From the NCBI RefSeq assembly GCF_000025125.1, contig NC_013771.1:120001-152000 (forward strand): 32,000 bases of DNA, read 5' to 3'. The notes under the pieces are model-generated. The model was not told the origin of the DNA. It searched no databases and saw only the letters and a list, made by a program, of their open reading frames with translations. Source of the DNA: Candidatus Atelocyanobacterium thalassa isolate ALOHA (GTDB lineage: Bacteria > Cyanobacteriota > Cyanobacteriia > Cyanobacteriales > Microcystaceae). Position numbers and translations under genes: made by a program. Below, one piece after another: positions 17,822-28,968 of this stretch; position 1 is the first letter of the stretch, and each line of letters starts with the position of its first letter.

Positions 17822-18997
17822 ATGAAATTTGTTTGCAGCCAAAATGATTTTAGCAATAACTTATCTCTGGTTAGTCGAGCAGTTCCTACTCGACCTACTC
17901 ATCCTATTCTAGCAAATGTCCTGATGGTTGCAGATATCGTAAAACAAAAAATTAGCCTAACTGCATTTGATCTAAGTCTTGGTATCGAAACTAGCTTTGA
18001 TGCTAATATCAGTGAAGGAGGCCAAACAACTCTACCAGCAAAATTACTTAATGATATTGTATCTCGATTACCAGAAGGGGAAATAAGCCTTATAAGTGAG
18101 GAGACAAAAGATAACCAGACAAATTTACTATATCTTAAATCAGCATCAGGTAAGTTTCAAATAAGAACAATAAGTGCGGACGAATTTCCTCCTTTACCAA
18201 TGATTGAAAATGATGATTTTATTGAATTACCTACTATTACGATAACCGAAGGATTAAGAGGTGTATTGTTTGCATCAAGTAATGATGAACTTAAACAAGT
18301 ACTAACTGGAGTTCATTTAAAGGGAACTGCTGATAGTTTAGAATTTGCTGCAACAGATGGGCATAGATTATCAGTAGTAGAGGCTATGTTCTCTTCAGAA
18401 ATCGATAATAAGAAAGAACAAACTCTTAAAACTAAAAATTCAAATGAATTTTCAGTTACAATTCCTGCAAAAGCTTTGAGAGAATTAGAGAAAATTATTC
18501 ATAATAATAATGATTTTGAAGTTATTCAATTGCAAATAGATGATCTGCAAGTCATATTTTATTTAGGAAAACAGAAGTTAACTATTCGTAAATTGGATGG
18601 AAATTATCCAAAATATAGTATGCTGATACCACAAAAGTTTGAGCATGTTATAAGTTTAGATAGAAAAAATTTCTTAAATAGTCTTGAGAGAGTGGCTGTT
18701 TTAGCAAGTCAAAAAAATAATTTAGTAAAATGTGTCTTTAATAATAAAAAACAAATTATTCTTTTATCTGTAGAGACTCAAGATCTGGGTAGTGCTGAAG
18801 AATCAATTGAAGCAAAAATAACAGGAGAAAGTGGTGATATAGCTTTCAATATCAAGTACTTAATGGATGGTTTAAAAGCTCTATCAACTAAAGAAATAAA
18901 AATGCAACTTAACGAAGGAAATAAACCAGTAATTTTTAATCCTTTAGGTGGTTTGAAAATGACATACTTAGTGATGCCAGTTCAAATGGTTAAATAA
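17822..18997 (+). CDS. dnaN: DNA polymerase III beta sliding clamp DnaN
   Basis: 391 aa. MKFVCSQNDFSNNLSLVSRAVPTRPTHPILANVLM and ATDGHRL are present, with a C-terminal MPV. Confidence 0.95.
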   Translation: MKFVCSQNDFSNNLSLVSRAVPTRPTHPILANVLMVADIVKQKISLTAFDLSLGIETSFDANISEGGQTTLPAKLLNDIVSRLPEGEISLISEETKDNQTNLLYLKSASGKFQIRTISADEFPPLPMIENDDFIELPTITITEGLRGVLFASSNDELKQVLTGVHLKGTADSLEFAATDGHRLSVVEAMFSSEIDNKKEQTLKTKNSNEFSVTIPAKALRELEKIIHNNNDFEVIQLQIDDLQVIFYLGKQKLTIRKLDGNYPKYSMLIPQKFEHVISLDRKNFLNSLERVAVLASQKNNLVKCVFNNKKQIILLSVETQDLGSAEESIEAKITGESGDIAFNIKYLMDGLKALSTKEIKMQLNEGNKPVIFNPLGGLKMTYLVMPVQMVK

Positions 18998-19106
18998 ATA
19001 TTCAAAATAATATTAATTACTACACAGTTTATAAGTTTTTCATATTCTAATATTGACTTAGGATATTTTTCTATAATTTATTCACTACTAAAGAATATTT
19101 TTAAAT

Positions 19107-20867
19107 TTAATCTGTAAATTTAGAAATATTATTTTGAAACCAACTAGCATCTTCTTCTCGTTTGATAGTTAGTTCTAAAACACGTACTCCAAAAGTAGGT
19201 AAAGGATTTAGTAATTCTTGTAGATGTCGCCAATCTTGAATATTAATATGTTGAATATCATAAGTGTTACAAAGTTTTGCAAAATCAATATTTTGGGGAG
19301 TTGCAAAATAATCTTCAAACAAGAGTTTATCCTTAGAAATGGGTAACATTTCAAAAATACCTCCTCCATTGTTATTTATTAAAATAATAGTCAAATGTCC
19401 TTTAAATTTTTTACTAACAAGGAACCCGTTTGTATCGTGTAAAAGAGCTAAGTCTCCAGTAACTAGAATGTTGTTGCTGCTATTTTGAGCCATCCCTAAG
19501 GCACTGGACAAAGTGCCTTCTATTCCATTAGCACCTCGGTTAAAATATGGTATTAATTCTTTGTTGTTAGGAAACCAAAAAGATTCTGCATAACGCACCG
19601 ACATACTATTAGCAATAAAGATATTAGTCTGGAGAGGTAATATCGTAGAAAGGATAAAAGGTAATTTTGCTTGCAACATTAAATCTATTCCAGTAAAAGT
19701 TGACTGAATATTTTTGTTAACATTATCATTTATTATTTTCCATCTTTTCAAATATTCTGAGTTTGATTTTGTAGACATAGTATTTTTTATATTTCTTAGA
19801 TCTAAATTTTCAACAGAAGAATAAATTGAAAAACTATGATTGTGAAGTGGATCAAAGTTATCTGAAGAGCTATCAATTAACCAATATCGAGCTTGAGTTT
19901 GTTCTAACCATTTTCGTAGTCTTTTGCTGGTAGGAAACTGTCCAAACTGAATTACTATATCTGGTTTTAGAGATTCCTTTAGTTTTGGATTACATAAAAT
20001 GACATCGTAAGTATTAATTAAATTAGGATTTTTATTTGCAAAATTTCTTAACGGAGACAAAGCTTCTGCCAGAATTGGATAATTTAAAAATCTAGAAATA
20101 AAAGCAATATTTTTACAGTAAAGAGATGGATTTGTAGAATTATTTACTCCTGCAATAATAATTCCTTTTTTAATAGATCTCCATTTATTTAAATAATTAA
20201 ATATGTCAAATTTACAGTAATTGCTTGAAGATACTCTACTATCTTCATTAATATCTAAAAAAAAGTCCTTAAAATATTTCTTAAAGGAGAGTAACTCAAT
20301 TTCTGGTTGAGTGAATGGTGCTAAAGGTTCACGGAAAGGACAGTTTATATGAACAACACCTTTATTAGGAAGAAAAGATTTGTTCCAGGAAGAAATTATG
20401 GTTTGTCTTAAATAACTTAATAGTTTTATTTCTATGAGAGGTAAAGATAACTCAGTATACCAATTACAATAACTACCATATAGTTTAACTTGATCAATTG
20501 CTTGTCCAGCATGGCAATCCCTCAATTCTGGAGGACGATCAGCTGTTAAGATTATTAGCGCAGTTTTACTTTCCCTGGCTTCAATAACAGCTGGATAAAA
20601 ATTTGCTCCCGCTGTTCCCGAAGTACAAATTAAAACAACAGGTAGACGAGAACGCTTTGCTATACCTAATGCGAAAAAAGATGCTGATCTCTCATCCAAA
20701 ATTGGTATGGTTTCTATTTTAGGGTGATTGGCGAATGCTACAGTAAGAGGAGTTGAACGAGATCCAGGACAAATAATAGCCGTTTTTAAGCCTAAATTAG
20801 ATAAGGTTTCTGCAATTATAGAAGACCATAAAGTATTAATATTGCGAAAATCAAGATTTTTTATCAA
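19107..20867 (-). CDS. menD: 2-succinyl-5-enolpyruvyl-6-hydroxy-3-cyclohexene-1-carboxylate (SEPHCHC) synthase MenD (phylloquinone pathway)
   Basis: 586 aa. The N-terminus is DFRNINTLWSSIIAETL…CPGSRSTPL. The ThDP motif is GDLALLHDTNG…NNNGGGIF. The start is TTG. Confidence 0.9.
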   Translation of the reverse strand: MIKNLDFRNINTLWSSIIAETLSNLGLKTAIICPGSRSTPLTVAFANHPKIETIPILDERSASFFALGIAKRSRLPVVLICTSGTAGANFYPAVIEARESKTALIILTADRPPELRDCHAGQAIDQVKLYGSYCNWYTELSLPLIEIKLLSYLRQTIISSWNKSFLPNKGVVHINCPFREPLAPFTQPEIELLSFKKYFKDFFLDINEDSRVSSSNYCKFDIFNYLNKWRSIKKGIIIAGVNNSTNPSLYCKNIAFISRFLNYPILAEALSPLRNFANKNPNLINTYDVILCNPKLKESLKPDIVIQFGQFPTSKRLRKWLEQTQARYWLIDSSSDNFDPLHNHSFSIYSSVENLDLRNIKNTMSTKSNSEYLKRWKIINDNVNKNIQSTFTGIDLMLQAKLPFILSTILPLQTNIFIANSMSVRYAESFWFPNNKELIPYFNRGANGIEGTLSSALGMAQNSSNNILVTGDLALLHDTNGFLVSKKFKGHLTIILINNNGGGIFEMLPISKDKLLFEDYFATPQNIDFAKLCNTYDIQHINIQDWRHLQELLNPLPTFGVRVLELTIKREEDASWFQNNISKFTD

Positions 20868-21167
20868 TTTCTTACACCTAAAATCTATTACAATTTTTTT
20901 TTCTCCTAAAAGAGTTCGTCACGAAATCTTTAGTTTTTGATTTCAAGCTTTTTAATTTTAAGTACCAAATTTATTTATGGAGTATTTACTATTAATAAAA
21001 AATTAAGTATATATTTAATCTATTTGCCATACAAAATAAATATTCCCTTACTTTAATTATTAAAAATAAGATTCAGATTATTATAAAAATGACACTTTTA
21101 AAGTTTCTATTTTCTGGTTAGATAAAGTATTTTGAGTAATTTATTTCCATCTATTAATTAAAATAAA

Positions 21168-21196
21168 AAGGCGTTTAGAATAATTCTAAATGCCTT
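21168..21196 (-). terminator. Candidate intrinsic terminator of the atp1 operon
   Basis: The stem is AAGGCGTTTAGAA / TTCTAAATGCCTT with loop TAA. It has one non-Watson-Crick position, C.A in minus-sense RNA. A U-rich run follows on the minus strand (UUUAUUUUAA). It lies about 33 nt downstream of the gamma-subunit stop. Confidence 0.55.
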
Positions 21197-21228
21197 ATAC
21201 TTTCAATATTATAGATTCTAAATATAGT

Positions 21229-22173
21229 CTATAATGCATTTGCTCCAGCAACTACTTCCATTAATTGCTGAGTGATTGATGCTTGACGAGCCTTATTGTA
21301 TGACATTGTTAGAGACCCAGCTAGTTGAGTAGCATTCTCACTAGCATTACTCATCGCAGTCATCCTGGCTGCCAATTCACTAGCAGCTGATTCCTGTAGT
21401 GCTCTGAGCAACTGGTTATTAATATATAAAGGCAATAAAGCATCTAAAATTTGAACTGGATCTTGTTCAAAAATCATGTCTTGAGACAAGTTATGAACAG
21501 GTTTCTCTATTGTTTGTCGTTCAACTTGAAATTCACCTTCACGAGTTATTAAACGAAAAATCTCATCGTCTTCAGGTTCTAAGCCTTGTAAATTTAAAGG
21601 AGCTAAGGTTTGTACAACTGGACTAGAGTTAATCAAAGAAACAAAACGAGTATAAACTAGTTCAACTCGGTCTACAGTTTCTGATAGAAATAATGATATT
21701 AACTCATCAGCAATAGGCATTGCGTCATCACTTGTGGGAATTTGCTCCAAACCTATGTATTTAGCCTTTACAGATATTTTACGTTTTGAGAAATATTGAG
21801 TAGATTTACGTCCGATGGTTATCAAGCAGGGATTGATTCCTTTATCTTGCAATTCCTTAATGCGTTTCTCTGCTCGACGGATAACGTAGCTATTATAGCC
21901 TCCACATAATCCTCGATCTCCTGAAATTACTACAATCGCTACAGTTTTTACTGCTCTCTGTTTTAATAGAGATAAATCAACATCCCCATATTTCAGACGA
22001 TTTAGTAAATTGTAAAGAACATTAGCTAAAATATTAGCGAAAGGCCTAGTAGAAACAACTCTCTCTTGAGCACGGCGAACTTTGGCTGCTGCCACCAAAC
22101 GCATGGCTTCAGTAATTTTTTTGGTATTTTTGACCGAGTCAATACGATCTCGGATAGCTTTAAGATTAGCCAT
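21229..22173 (-). CDS. atpG: F1 ATP synthase gamma subunit (called atpC in cyanobacterial nomenclature)
   Basis: 314 aa. N-terminal [31 protein letters not shown] and C-terminal [15 protein letters not shown] are both present. Confidence 0.95.
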   Translation of the reverse strand: MANLKAIRDRIDSVKNTKKITEAMRLVAAAKVRRAQERVVSTRPFANILANVLYNLLNRLKYGDVDLSLLKQRAVKTVAIVVISGDRGLCGGYNSYVIRRAEKRIKELQDKGINPCLITIGRKSTQYFSKRKISVKAKYIGLEQIPTSDDAMPIADELISLFLSETVDRVELVYTRFVSLINSSPVVQTLAPLNLQGLEPEDDEIFRLITREGEFQVERQTIEKPVHNLSQDMIFEQDPVQILDALLPLYINNQLLRALQESAASELAARMTAMSNASENATQLAGSLTMSYNKARQASITQQLMEVVAGANAL

Positions 22174-22272
22174 AATATTTAGTAATTATTTATCGGACTC
22201 TCATCATTTTGGATCTTCAGCTAATGTTTTAGCTTTTAAGTAAAGGTAAACATTGAGTTTACCCTTACTTAA

Positions 22273-23784
22273 TTAAGCAGCAAACGCTTGTTTGTATTCT
22301 GCAATTGCTTCTTTTAGCAATTTTTCTGCTTCATCGGTAAGTTTTTTCTCACCTTTGACAATTTCAACGTATTTAGGCTTGCTACTAGCTATGTATTCTC
22401 TTAACCCAATAGAAAATTCCAGAGCTTTCTCTACTGGTATCTCATCAATATGACCATTCAAACCAGCATAGGCGATAGATACTTGTTCCCAAACAGCAAG
22501 AGGAGAGTTTTCAGATTGCTTTAAAATTTGGCGTAATCTTTGACCCCGTGCAAGCTGAGATTGAGTTGCTGCATCAAGATCAGACGCAAACTGAGAAAAA
22601 GCTTCTAGTTCTGCAAACTGAGCTAACTCTAACTTTAATTTACCTGCAACCTGCTTCATCGCTTTTGTCTGAGCAGCGGATCCAACTCTACTAACAGAGA
22701 TACCTGCGTTAATAGCAGGACGGAAGCCTGAGTTGAATAAATCGCTGGAAAGAAATATTTGTCCATCTGTAATAGAAATTACATTGGTTGGAATATATGC
22801 TGACACATCTCCAGCCTGAGTTTCAATTACAGGTAGAGCGGTCATACTACCTTCACCAAGTTCTGGACTAAGTTTAGCTGCTCTTTCTAACAGGCGAGAA
22901 TGAATGTAGAAAACATCGCCAGGATAAGCTTCTCTTCCTGGTGGACGACGTAATAATAAAGATAATTGACGATAAGCCTGTGCTTGTTTTGTCAAATCAT
23001 CATAAATAACTAAGGTATGTTTTCCTTTATACATGAAAAATTCTGCTAAACTTGCTCCTGTGTAAGGTGCGAGATATTGTAGAGTAGCAGGATCATTCGC
23101 ATTGGCTGCAACTACTATAGTGTAGTCCATTGCACCTTTTTCTTCCAAAACTCCAATGACTTGTGCTACGGTAGAAGCTTTTTGTCCAATCGCAACATAA
23201 ACACAAATTACATCTTCAGATTTTTGGTTGATTATGGTGTCAATCGCAATAGCAGTTTTTCCTGTTTTACGATCACCAATGATTAATTCCCGTTGTCCTC
23301 TACCAATAGGAATCATTGCATCAATAGCTGTAATTCCAGTTTGTAAAGGCTCACATACTGATTTTCTAGCAATAATGCCAGGAGCAGTAGACTCAATTAA
23401 TCTATATTCTGATGCCTTAATATCTCCTTTACCGTCAATTGGACGACCTAAAGAGTCAACCACCCGACCAACCATAGCTTCCCCTACAGGAACTTGGGCA
23501 ATTTTTCCAGTAGCTTTAACAGTACTACCTTCCTGAATATCTAAGCCGGTCCCCATTAAAACGGCCCCAACGTTATCTTCTTCTAAGTTAAGAGCAATCC
23601 CAATCGTTCCGTCTTCAAATTCCAACAATTCTCCTGCCATAGCTTGCTCTAAGCCATGTATCCGAACAGTCCCATCTCCAACCTGAAGAACAGTTCCTAC
23701 ATTGGAGACTTGAACACTTTGATCATAAGATTCAATTTGTTGGCGAATAATACTACTAATTTCGTCAGGTCTGATACTAACCAT
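22273..23784 (-). CDS. atpA: F1 ATP synthase alpha subunit
   Basis: Walker A is GDRKTGKT and the protein is AtpA-like across its full length. I prefer the ATG at 23784 ([17 protein letters not shown], 503 aa) to the track's TTG at 23802. Confidence 0.97.
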   Translation of the reverse strand: MVSIRPDEISSIIRQQIESYDQSVQVSNVGTVLQVGDGTVRIHGLEQAMAGELLEFEDGTIGIALNLEEDNVGAVLMGTGLDIQEGSTVKATGKIAQVPVGEAMVGRVVDSLGRPIDGKGDIKASEYRLIESTAPGIIARKSVCEPLQTGITAIDAMIPIGRGQRELIIGDRKTGKTAIAIDTIINQKSEDVICVYVAIGQKASTVAQVIGVLEEKGAMDYTIVVAANANDPATLQYLAPYTGASLAEFFMYKGKHTLVIYDDLTKQAQAYRQLSLLLRRPPGREAYPGDVFYIHSRLLERAAKLSPELGEGSMTALPVIETQAGDVSAYIPTNVISITDGQIFLSSDLFNSGFRPAINAGISVSRVGSAAQTKAMKQVAGKLKLELAQFAELEAFSQFASDLDAATQSQLARGQRLRQILKQSENSPLAVWEQVSIAYAGLNGHIDEIPVEKALEFSIGLREYIASSKPKYVEIVKGEKKLTDEAEKLLKEAIAEYKQAFAA

Positions 23785-23827
23785 AATGGGGTTTTTTAAC
23801 AATTGAATGAACTACAATGAGAGAAAA

Positions 23828-24385
23828 TTATAAGGTTCCGCTAAGACTTACGCTTATGCGCCGTAACTGACCTCGAAGACTAGCATCAAATACTTGGGAG
23901 CCAATTTTGATAATGAATCCTCCAATTAAGTCAGGATCCTTACCTATCTCCATTTCTACTGATTCAGCCCCAGTCAAACCTTTAATTTTATCGCTAATGG
24001 CAGAACGCTGCTCCTCGCTTATTTCAGTTGTAACAGTCACTTTAGCGAGAACAGTGTTAGTTAATTTTCTTGCCAAATCTATATATCTTTGACAAGTAGC
24101 TTCAAGTAAAGCGATTCTACGCTTTTCTATTAGAAGCATCACAAAATTACGGAAATATTGATGAGTATTTTTCCCAAGTATCTTGTTTAGTACAGACTTT
24201 TTATCCTCATCTTTAATAACAGGAGAGCTAATGAAAGCTCTTAGCTCCGAGGAATCTTTCAGAATCTGCAAGACGGTTTTACAGTCTTGTTCAACTAATC
24301 TTGTGATTTTATGGGATTCGGCAATAGACATCATAGCTTGAGCATAGGGCTCTGCAATTTCTGCATTAACTAGTGATCCTTTCAC
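23828..24385 (-). CDS. atpH: F1 ATP synthase delta (OSCP) subunit (called atpD in cyanobacterial nomenclature)
   Basis: 185 aa and OSCP-like (…DLIGGFIIKIGSQVFDASLRGQLRRI). The GTG start overlaps the TAG stop of the b-subunit gene by 1 nt (TAGTG). Confidence 0.9.
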   Translation of the reverse strand: MKGSLVNAEIAEPYAQAMMSIAESHKITRLVEQDCKTVLQILKDSSELRAFISSPVIKDEDKKSVLNKILGKNTHQYFRNFVMLLIEKRRIALLEATCQRYIDLARKLTNTVLAKVTVTTEISEEQRSAISDKIKGLTGAESVEMEIGKDPDLIGGFIIKIGSQVFDASLRGQLRRISVSLSGTL

Positions 24386-24921
24386 TACGAACCTCCTAAC
24401 CGATCAATATTACGGTTAATAAGTGTTTGTTGAACATTATTATCAACTTTAGATTTCAATTGCTCCTCTGCTTTAACAATAGCTTGTTCTGCAATTTGTT
24501 TTTTTAACTGCGCAATTACTCGTTCTTGCTCAGATGAAAGATCCGCAGCAGCAGTTTCCTTAAGACGTGCAATGTCTTTTTCGTTCTGTGCCAAGATTTC
24601 AGCTTTAATAGCTACAGCCCTCTCTTGAGCAGCTTTATGAATTCTTTCTGCTTCAATTTGAGCTTGAGCTAATCTTTTTTCTTCTTGAGCTAAAGAAGTA
24701 ATTGCTTGCTGTTGTTTCTTTTCAGCTTCTTGAATAGACAGAGCTATGGAATTGTGCCTTTCAGCGAGGGTATCTTTTATAATCTTACTTCCATAAAATA
24801 CTAAGATACCAACAAGAATGGCTAGATTGAAAATGTTACTTTCCAAAAAATCGAAATGAAACCCAATTAAGGGGCCACTTTCAGCGTGACTTTCAGCAAC
24901 TAATAATAAAGAATCGATCAT
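24385..24921 (-). CDS. atpF: F0 ATP synthase subunit b
   Basis: 178 aa: an N-terminal TM helix followed by a long A/E/K/Q-rich coiled coil. Its position in the operon matches subunit b. Confidence 0.9.
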   Translation of the reverse strand: MIDSLLLVAESHAESGPLIGFHFDFLESNIFNLAILVGILVFYGSKIIKDTLAERHNSIALSIQEAEKKQQQAITSLAQEEKRLAQAQIEAERIHKAAQERAVAIKAEILAQNEKDIARLKETAAADLSSEQERVIAQLKKQIAEQAIVKAEEQLKSKVDNNVQQTLINRNIDRLGGS

Positions 24922-24950
24922 ACCGGTTTATCACCCAAAGGACGGCGTCG

Positions 24951-25382
24951 TTACTTGATTAACTTTGGACCTAAAAGTTTTTCTAAAATTTGATGACTTA
25001 ATATGTCAACCTGTTTTTCTAGAACTTTTAGGGCATCTTGGCGCTGTTGCGCAATCTCTTTAGCAACAGCTTCTTTCTTAATTTGGGCTTCTTGTTGAGC
25101 AATAACAATTGCTTCACTGGCAATTTTTTTAGCCTCTGATTGAGCAGAAATAACAACCTCTTGAGACTTCTTTCTTGTCTCTGATAATTGTTGTTCGTAC
25201 TGGGCAGCCAGTTCTCTAGCTTTCTCTAAATGCTCTTTTCCACCTATTTCTTGCTGACGGATATAGTCAGCTCGTTTATCTAGTACCTCATTAAGAGGCT
25301 TATAAAAAGTGGCGTTTAGAATAATTACTAATAGGATAAATTGCAATGCCATAACTGGCAAAGTTGCGTCAAAATCAAACAT
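24951..25382 (-). CDS. atpF2: F0 ATP synthase subunit b' (called atpG in cyanobacterial nomenclature)
   Basis: 143 aa. [23 protein letters not shown]…YKPL is typical of b', and it lies between c and b. Confidence 0.88.
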   Translation of the reverse strand: MFDFDATLPVMALQFILLVIILNATFYKPLNEVLDKRADYIRQQEIGGKEHLEKARELAAQYEQQLSETRKKSQEVVISAQSEAKKIASEAIVIAQQEAQIKKEAVAKEIAQQRQDALKVLEKQVDILSHQILEKLLGPKLIK

Positions 25383-25416
25383 AACTTACTCAACTAGGTC
25401 TTTTATTTTATGATTG

Positions 25417-25440
25417 AGAGGCAGCCATGTAGCTACCTCT
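25417..25440 (-). other. Stem-loop 17 nt downstream of the c-subunit stop. Possible mRNA stabiliser or processing element.
   Basis: In minus-sense RNA the structure is AGAGGUAGC-ACAUGG-GCUGCCUCU: 9 bp including one G.U pair. No U-tract follows, so it is not a classical terminator. Confidence 0.35.
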
Positions 25441-25456
25441 ATTAACCGACTAAATC

Positions 25457-25720
<264 letters not shown>

Positions 25721-25956
25721 TTATTGATGAAACAAATTACGAGCTAATTGTCAACTTAAATAACTTAGGAGTATAAGTTTTGAAGCAAGACTAAAATATT
25801 CAATTCTGTCTCTATAAACTCCCAATAAGTAAGAATCTGAGTTAATGATGGAAACTTTATATCCATCTCCTCTGTCTATTGTCTTACGTTTTGGTCATTT
25901 TTGCTTAACAGATATTTTTCTTTTTAACAGTCTGCTTAGCCAAGACCTTACTCTTA

Positions 25957-26709
25957 TTAGTGTTCTTCTTCCTCTTCTGATTCGATTGCTTCATGTATAT
26001 AAGCTCCGGCTAGGGTGGCAAATACTAAAGCTTGAATCGCACTAGTGAAAAGTCCTAGTGCCATTAATGGTAATGGCACTAGCAGAGGAACAAGAAATAC
26101 AAGTACTCCTACTACTAGCTCATCAGCTAAGATATTACCAAATAGACGAAAACTCAAAGAAAGAGGCTTGGTAAAGTCTTCTAAGATTTTAATAGGTAAC
26201 AGAATAGGAATAGGCTGAATATAGTTAGCAAAATAACCTAAACCTTTTTTACTAAGACCTGCGTAAAAGTAAGCTAAGGAAGTTAAAAGTGCTAATGCAA
26301 CAGTTGTATTAATGTCATTAGTAGGAGCAGCTAATTCACCCTCTGGAATTTCTATAAGTTTCCATGGAATTAAAGCTCCTGACCAATTAGAAACAAAAAT
26401 AAACAAAAACAGTGTCCCAATGAAGGGTAACCATTGTCTATAATGTTTTTCTCCGAGTTGGTTCTTAGCCAAATCTCGTAGAAATTCTAAAACATACTCC
26501 ATAAAATTTTGCATCCCACTAGGAACTCGTTGAATATTACGAGTTGCAGATAAAGATGCAATAACCAATAGGGCGATGACAAACCAGGAAGCAAGAAATA
26601 CTTGCCCATGTAACCTCAGATTGCCAATTTCCCAGTACCAGTGCTTACCAACTTCTAAGGCAGCAAGGGATAAGGTGTTTGAAATGTGTAAACCATGTAA
26701 CATTGTCAT
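25957..26709 (-). CDS. atpB: F0 ATP synthase subunit a (called atpI in cyanobacterial nomenclature)
   Basis: [21 protein letters not shown] and the essential Arg in [13 protein letters not shown] are present. The start is uncertain: I prefer the ATG at 26709 (MTMLHGL, 250 aa) to the GTG at 26736. The C-terminus is the acidic tail ESEEEEEH. Confidence 0.92.
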   Translation of the reverse strand: MTMLHGLHISNTLSLAALEVGKHWYWEIGNLRLHGQVFLASWFVIALLVIASLSATRNIQRVPSGMQNFMEYVLEFLRDLAKNQLGEKHYRQWLPFIGTLFLFIFVSNWSGALIPWKLIEIPEGELAAPTNDINTTVALALLTSLAYFYAGLSKKGLGYFANYIQPIPILLPIKILEDFTKPLSLSFRLFGNILADELVVGVLVFLVPLLVPLPLMALGLFTSAIQALVFATLAGAYIHEAIESEEEEEH

Positions 26710-26747
26710 TGGGTAGAATTTACCAAATCTGGTCACTGAATGGAATC

Positions 26748-27167
26748 TTAATCGCTCTTTTGTGCTGGAACCATTACATTCTGTATGGTATAAGCAATTA
26801 TGGCGATCTTATAAGTCAAAAATCCCAAGAAGACTGGGACAATGTAAAGTTTTTGCCATTGACTAGCCACGATGATCATAGCTGCAATTAGAATTAATCC
26901 TTTTTTACCTAGTTTTTGCTGTGAGGTTCCAACTTTCTCTACTTCTTTCGCTAATATTTTTAGATAAACGATTCCTACAAGAGCTCCTAGTAAGTAATTA
27001 AGAGCCAAAAGCAAGGAATGAAATATCCAGACACATGTGAAGATGATTATTGTAAGTACTATACTTAGCAACATAAGCGTACGCTGCAACTGATAGTAAT
27101 CCTTCATAAAATCTGTCTGAATTGTTTCCGTATCAGAAGCTTGAGAAATAGACCTGGTTGATTGCAT
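26748..27167 (-). CDS. atpI: ATP synthase protein I (atp1), first gene of the operon
   Basis: 139 aa. [20 protein letters not shown]…[22 protein letters not shown] is typical of cyanobacterial protein I, and it lies immediately upstream of subunit a. Confidence 0.8.
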   Translation of the reverse strand: MQSTRSISQASDTETIQTDFMKDYYQLQRTLMLLSIVLTIIIFTCVWIFHSLLLALNYLLGALVGIVYLKILAKEVEKVGTSQQKLGKKGLILIAAMIIVASQWQKLYIVPVFLGFLTYKIAIIAYTIQNVMVPAQKSD

Positions 27168-28180
27168 ACAGTTACAGGTTTTTATTTAACTAAAAGTTAG
27201 CCTATCTTTAAAATCAAAGCTAATTTAAGTTTGTAATTCTAAGTGAGCTTCGTAAGAGAATACAATAATTGCAAATTATTAAATATTCCTTACTACTTTA
27301 TCTATCGTGTTAGAAAAAGCTTTATAGCGAGTCATTGTTAATAATATCATGTTGATGTAACAACATGAATAGAGGTACTGAGCCAATAAAAATAAGTTAA
27401 GGAAGTATTAAACATCTAAATATAAAATACTGGGAAAGTATGATAAATATTAAGCGAATAATAATCATATAAAATTAAAGTACAGATACGCATAATTTTT
27501 AATTAGTTAAACCAAATATTTCTATACAATAATTTCTAGAAAGCAAACATAGTTTAGACAACGTAATATATTCTACATTTTGAACAATGAGCTACTAAGA
27601 ATTACTTAGGCAATAATTTTTATCATTTTGCACAATCATTTATAAAAATATTTAAAGTTTTTAGTTTTAAAAATAAAATTACTTACAAATACCTCAGTTT
27701 TACAGAATTAATTTACTCAAAAAAGTTAATTTACCTTCCTAGGTTGAAATACTACATATCTTTACTTTTTAAAAATAACTTGTAGCATTAAAATTTCAAT
27801 AATGTATTAAATTATTAAACATAGATTAGATGTTATTTATGAAATTTGACAACCTATCTTATTTTAAAAACTTGTAATATCTCTTTAAACAAATTAAGTT
27901 TTAAAGTACAGCTAACTCAATTTTATTCCATTAAGTTTTAAGTATTGAGTATAGAATTCTAACAATGCTCCATTATAGGGTTTATAAAAGTATTGTACAG
28001 CAGTAATAAAAGTAGCTTGAGAAAAAGTTAAGTGTTATTTATCTTACTTTTTATTTTATCGTTTTGAAAGTTTTTTTTACTTTCCTAATATTCCAGAGAT
28101 CTATGTCTAGGGTGAGGTTTTAGAATTCTTAAAATAAATTTTATTCTTTTTATTTGTTAACTCAGTTACTAGTATTATTG

Positions 28181-28239
28181 AAGAATCAAAATAAAAACTT
28201 AATTATATGGTTAAGCTACCTATATTTATTTTGATTCTT
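28181..28239. repeat. Perfect 15-bp inverted repeat with a 29-nt spacer, about 150 nt upstream of cyAbrB
   Basis: AAGAATCAAAATAAA (28181-28195) and TTTATTTTGATTCTT (28225-28239) are exact reverse complements. The spacer contains a nested CTTAA/TTAAG pair. Confidence 0.85.
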
Positions 28240-28316
28240 TAAAGAGAAGAATATTAAGTTGATAATTATGTATTTTTTTTATTTGAATTTAAAGATTTAA
28301 AGTTATATTTTTGATA

Positions 28317-28355
28317 TGATAGCTAGTGATTAATTATATTAATCACTAGCTATCA
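28317..28355. promoter_or_regulatory. Perfect 17-bp palindrome ending 31 nt upstream of the cyAbrB start codon. Candidate operator or 5'-UTR hairpin.
   Basis: TGATAGCTAGTGATTAA (28317-28333), TTATA, TTAATCACTAGCTATCA (28339-28355). The stem extends to 18 bp with a 3-nt loop. The palindrome itself is certain; its function is inferred. Confidence 0.5.
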
Positions 28356-28386
28356 CTAATGCACATTCAAAGGACATTGAGAAAAT

Positions 28387-28773
28387 ATGACCAATGCAAA
28401 TTCTACTCCCTTAATGGGAAAAGCCTTACTTCAAAAGGTAAAAGAATTATCACATAAACCTCGAAGAGAAACTGCTAAAGAGTGTGGATACTATTCAGTA
28501 ACAAAAGACGGACAAATTCGTGTTAATTTAACTGATTTTTACGATGCAGTTTTAGGAGCTAAAGGAGTTCCCTTAGAGCCTGGCTCTAACAAAGATGGAC
28601 GAGGACGTGAACCTACATTTCGTGTTAGCGTTCACAAAAATGGTCAAATTGTTATTGGTTCTACTTATACCGAACAAATGGGACTAAAACCCGGTGATGA
28701 ATTTGAGATCAAACTTGGTTATAAACATATTCATCTAAAACAAGTTGAGGTTGAAGAAAAAGATGTTACTTAA
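28387..28773 (+). CDS. Cyanobacterial AbrB-like transcriptional regulator (cyAbrB; the SpoVT/AbrB domain is at the C-terminus)
   Basis: 128 aa. The C-terminal VHKNGQIVIGSTYTEQMGLKPGDEFEIKLGYKHIHLKQV is the AbrB swapped-hairpin motif in the cyanobacteria-specific C-terminal position. The N-terminal half is typical of the CalA/CalB (sll0359/sll0822) family. Confidence 0.85.
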   Translation: MTNANSTPLMGKALLQKVKELSHKPRRETAKECGYYSVTKDGQIRVNLTDFYDAVLGAKGVPLEPGSNKDGRGREPTFRVSVHKNGQIVIGSTYTEQMGLKPGDEFEIKLGYKHIHLKQVEVEEKDVT

Positions 28774-28968
28774 ATTATTTTCAATCTCAATAAATGTAGA
28801 TGATATTGTTAACTAGGATAAAAGAAGATAGTCATTAGCCTTAGACAATAAATAGGATTAATGACTAAGGAACGAAAAAGAATGCTTAATATCTAAATTT
28901 TGAGATATGTCTCCAAAAATAGTATGTGTTATTGTGAATAAAAAATTAATCTATAAATACGCTCCACA

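Noticed and set aside
25845-26045. A 66-aa + strand ORF in the a/c spacer of the atp operon
   Set aside because: It runs antisense into the 3' end of the a-subunit gene and shows no conservation signal I can recognise. The spacer is better explained as intra-operon regulatory RNA.
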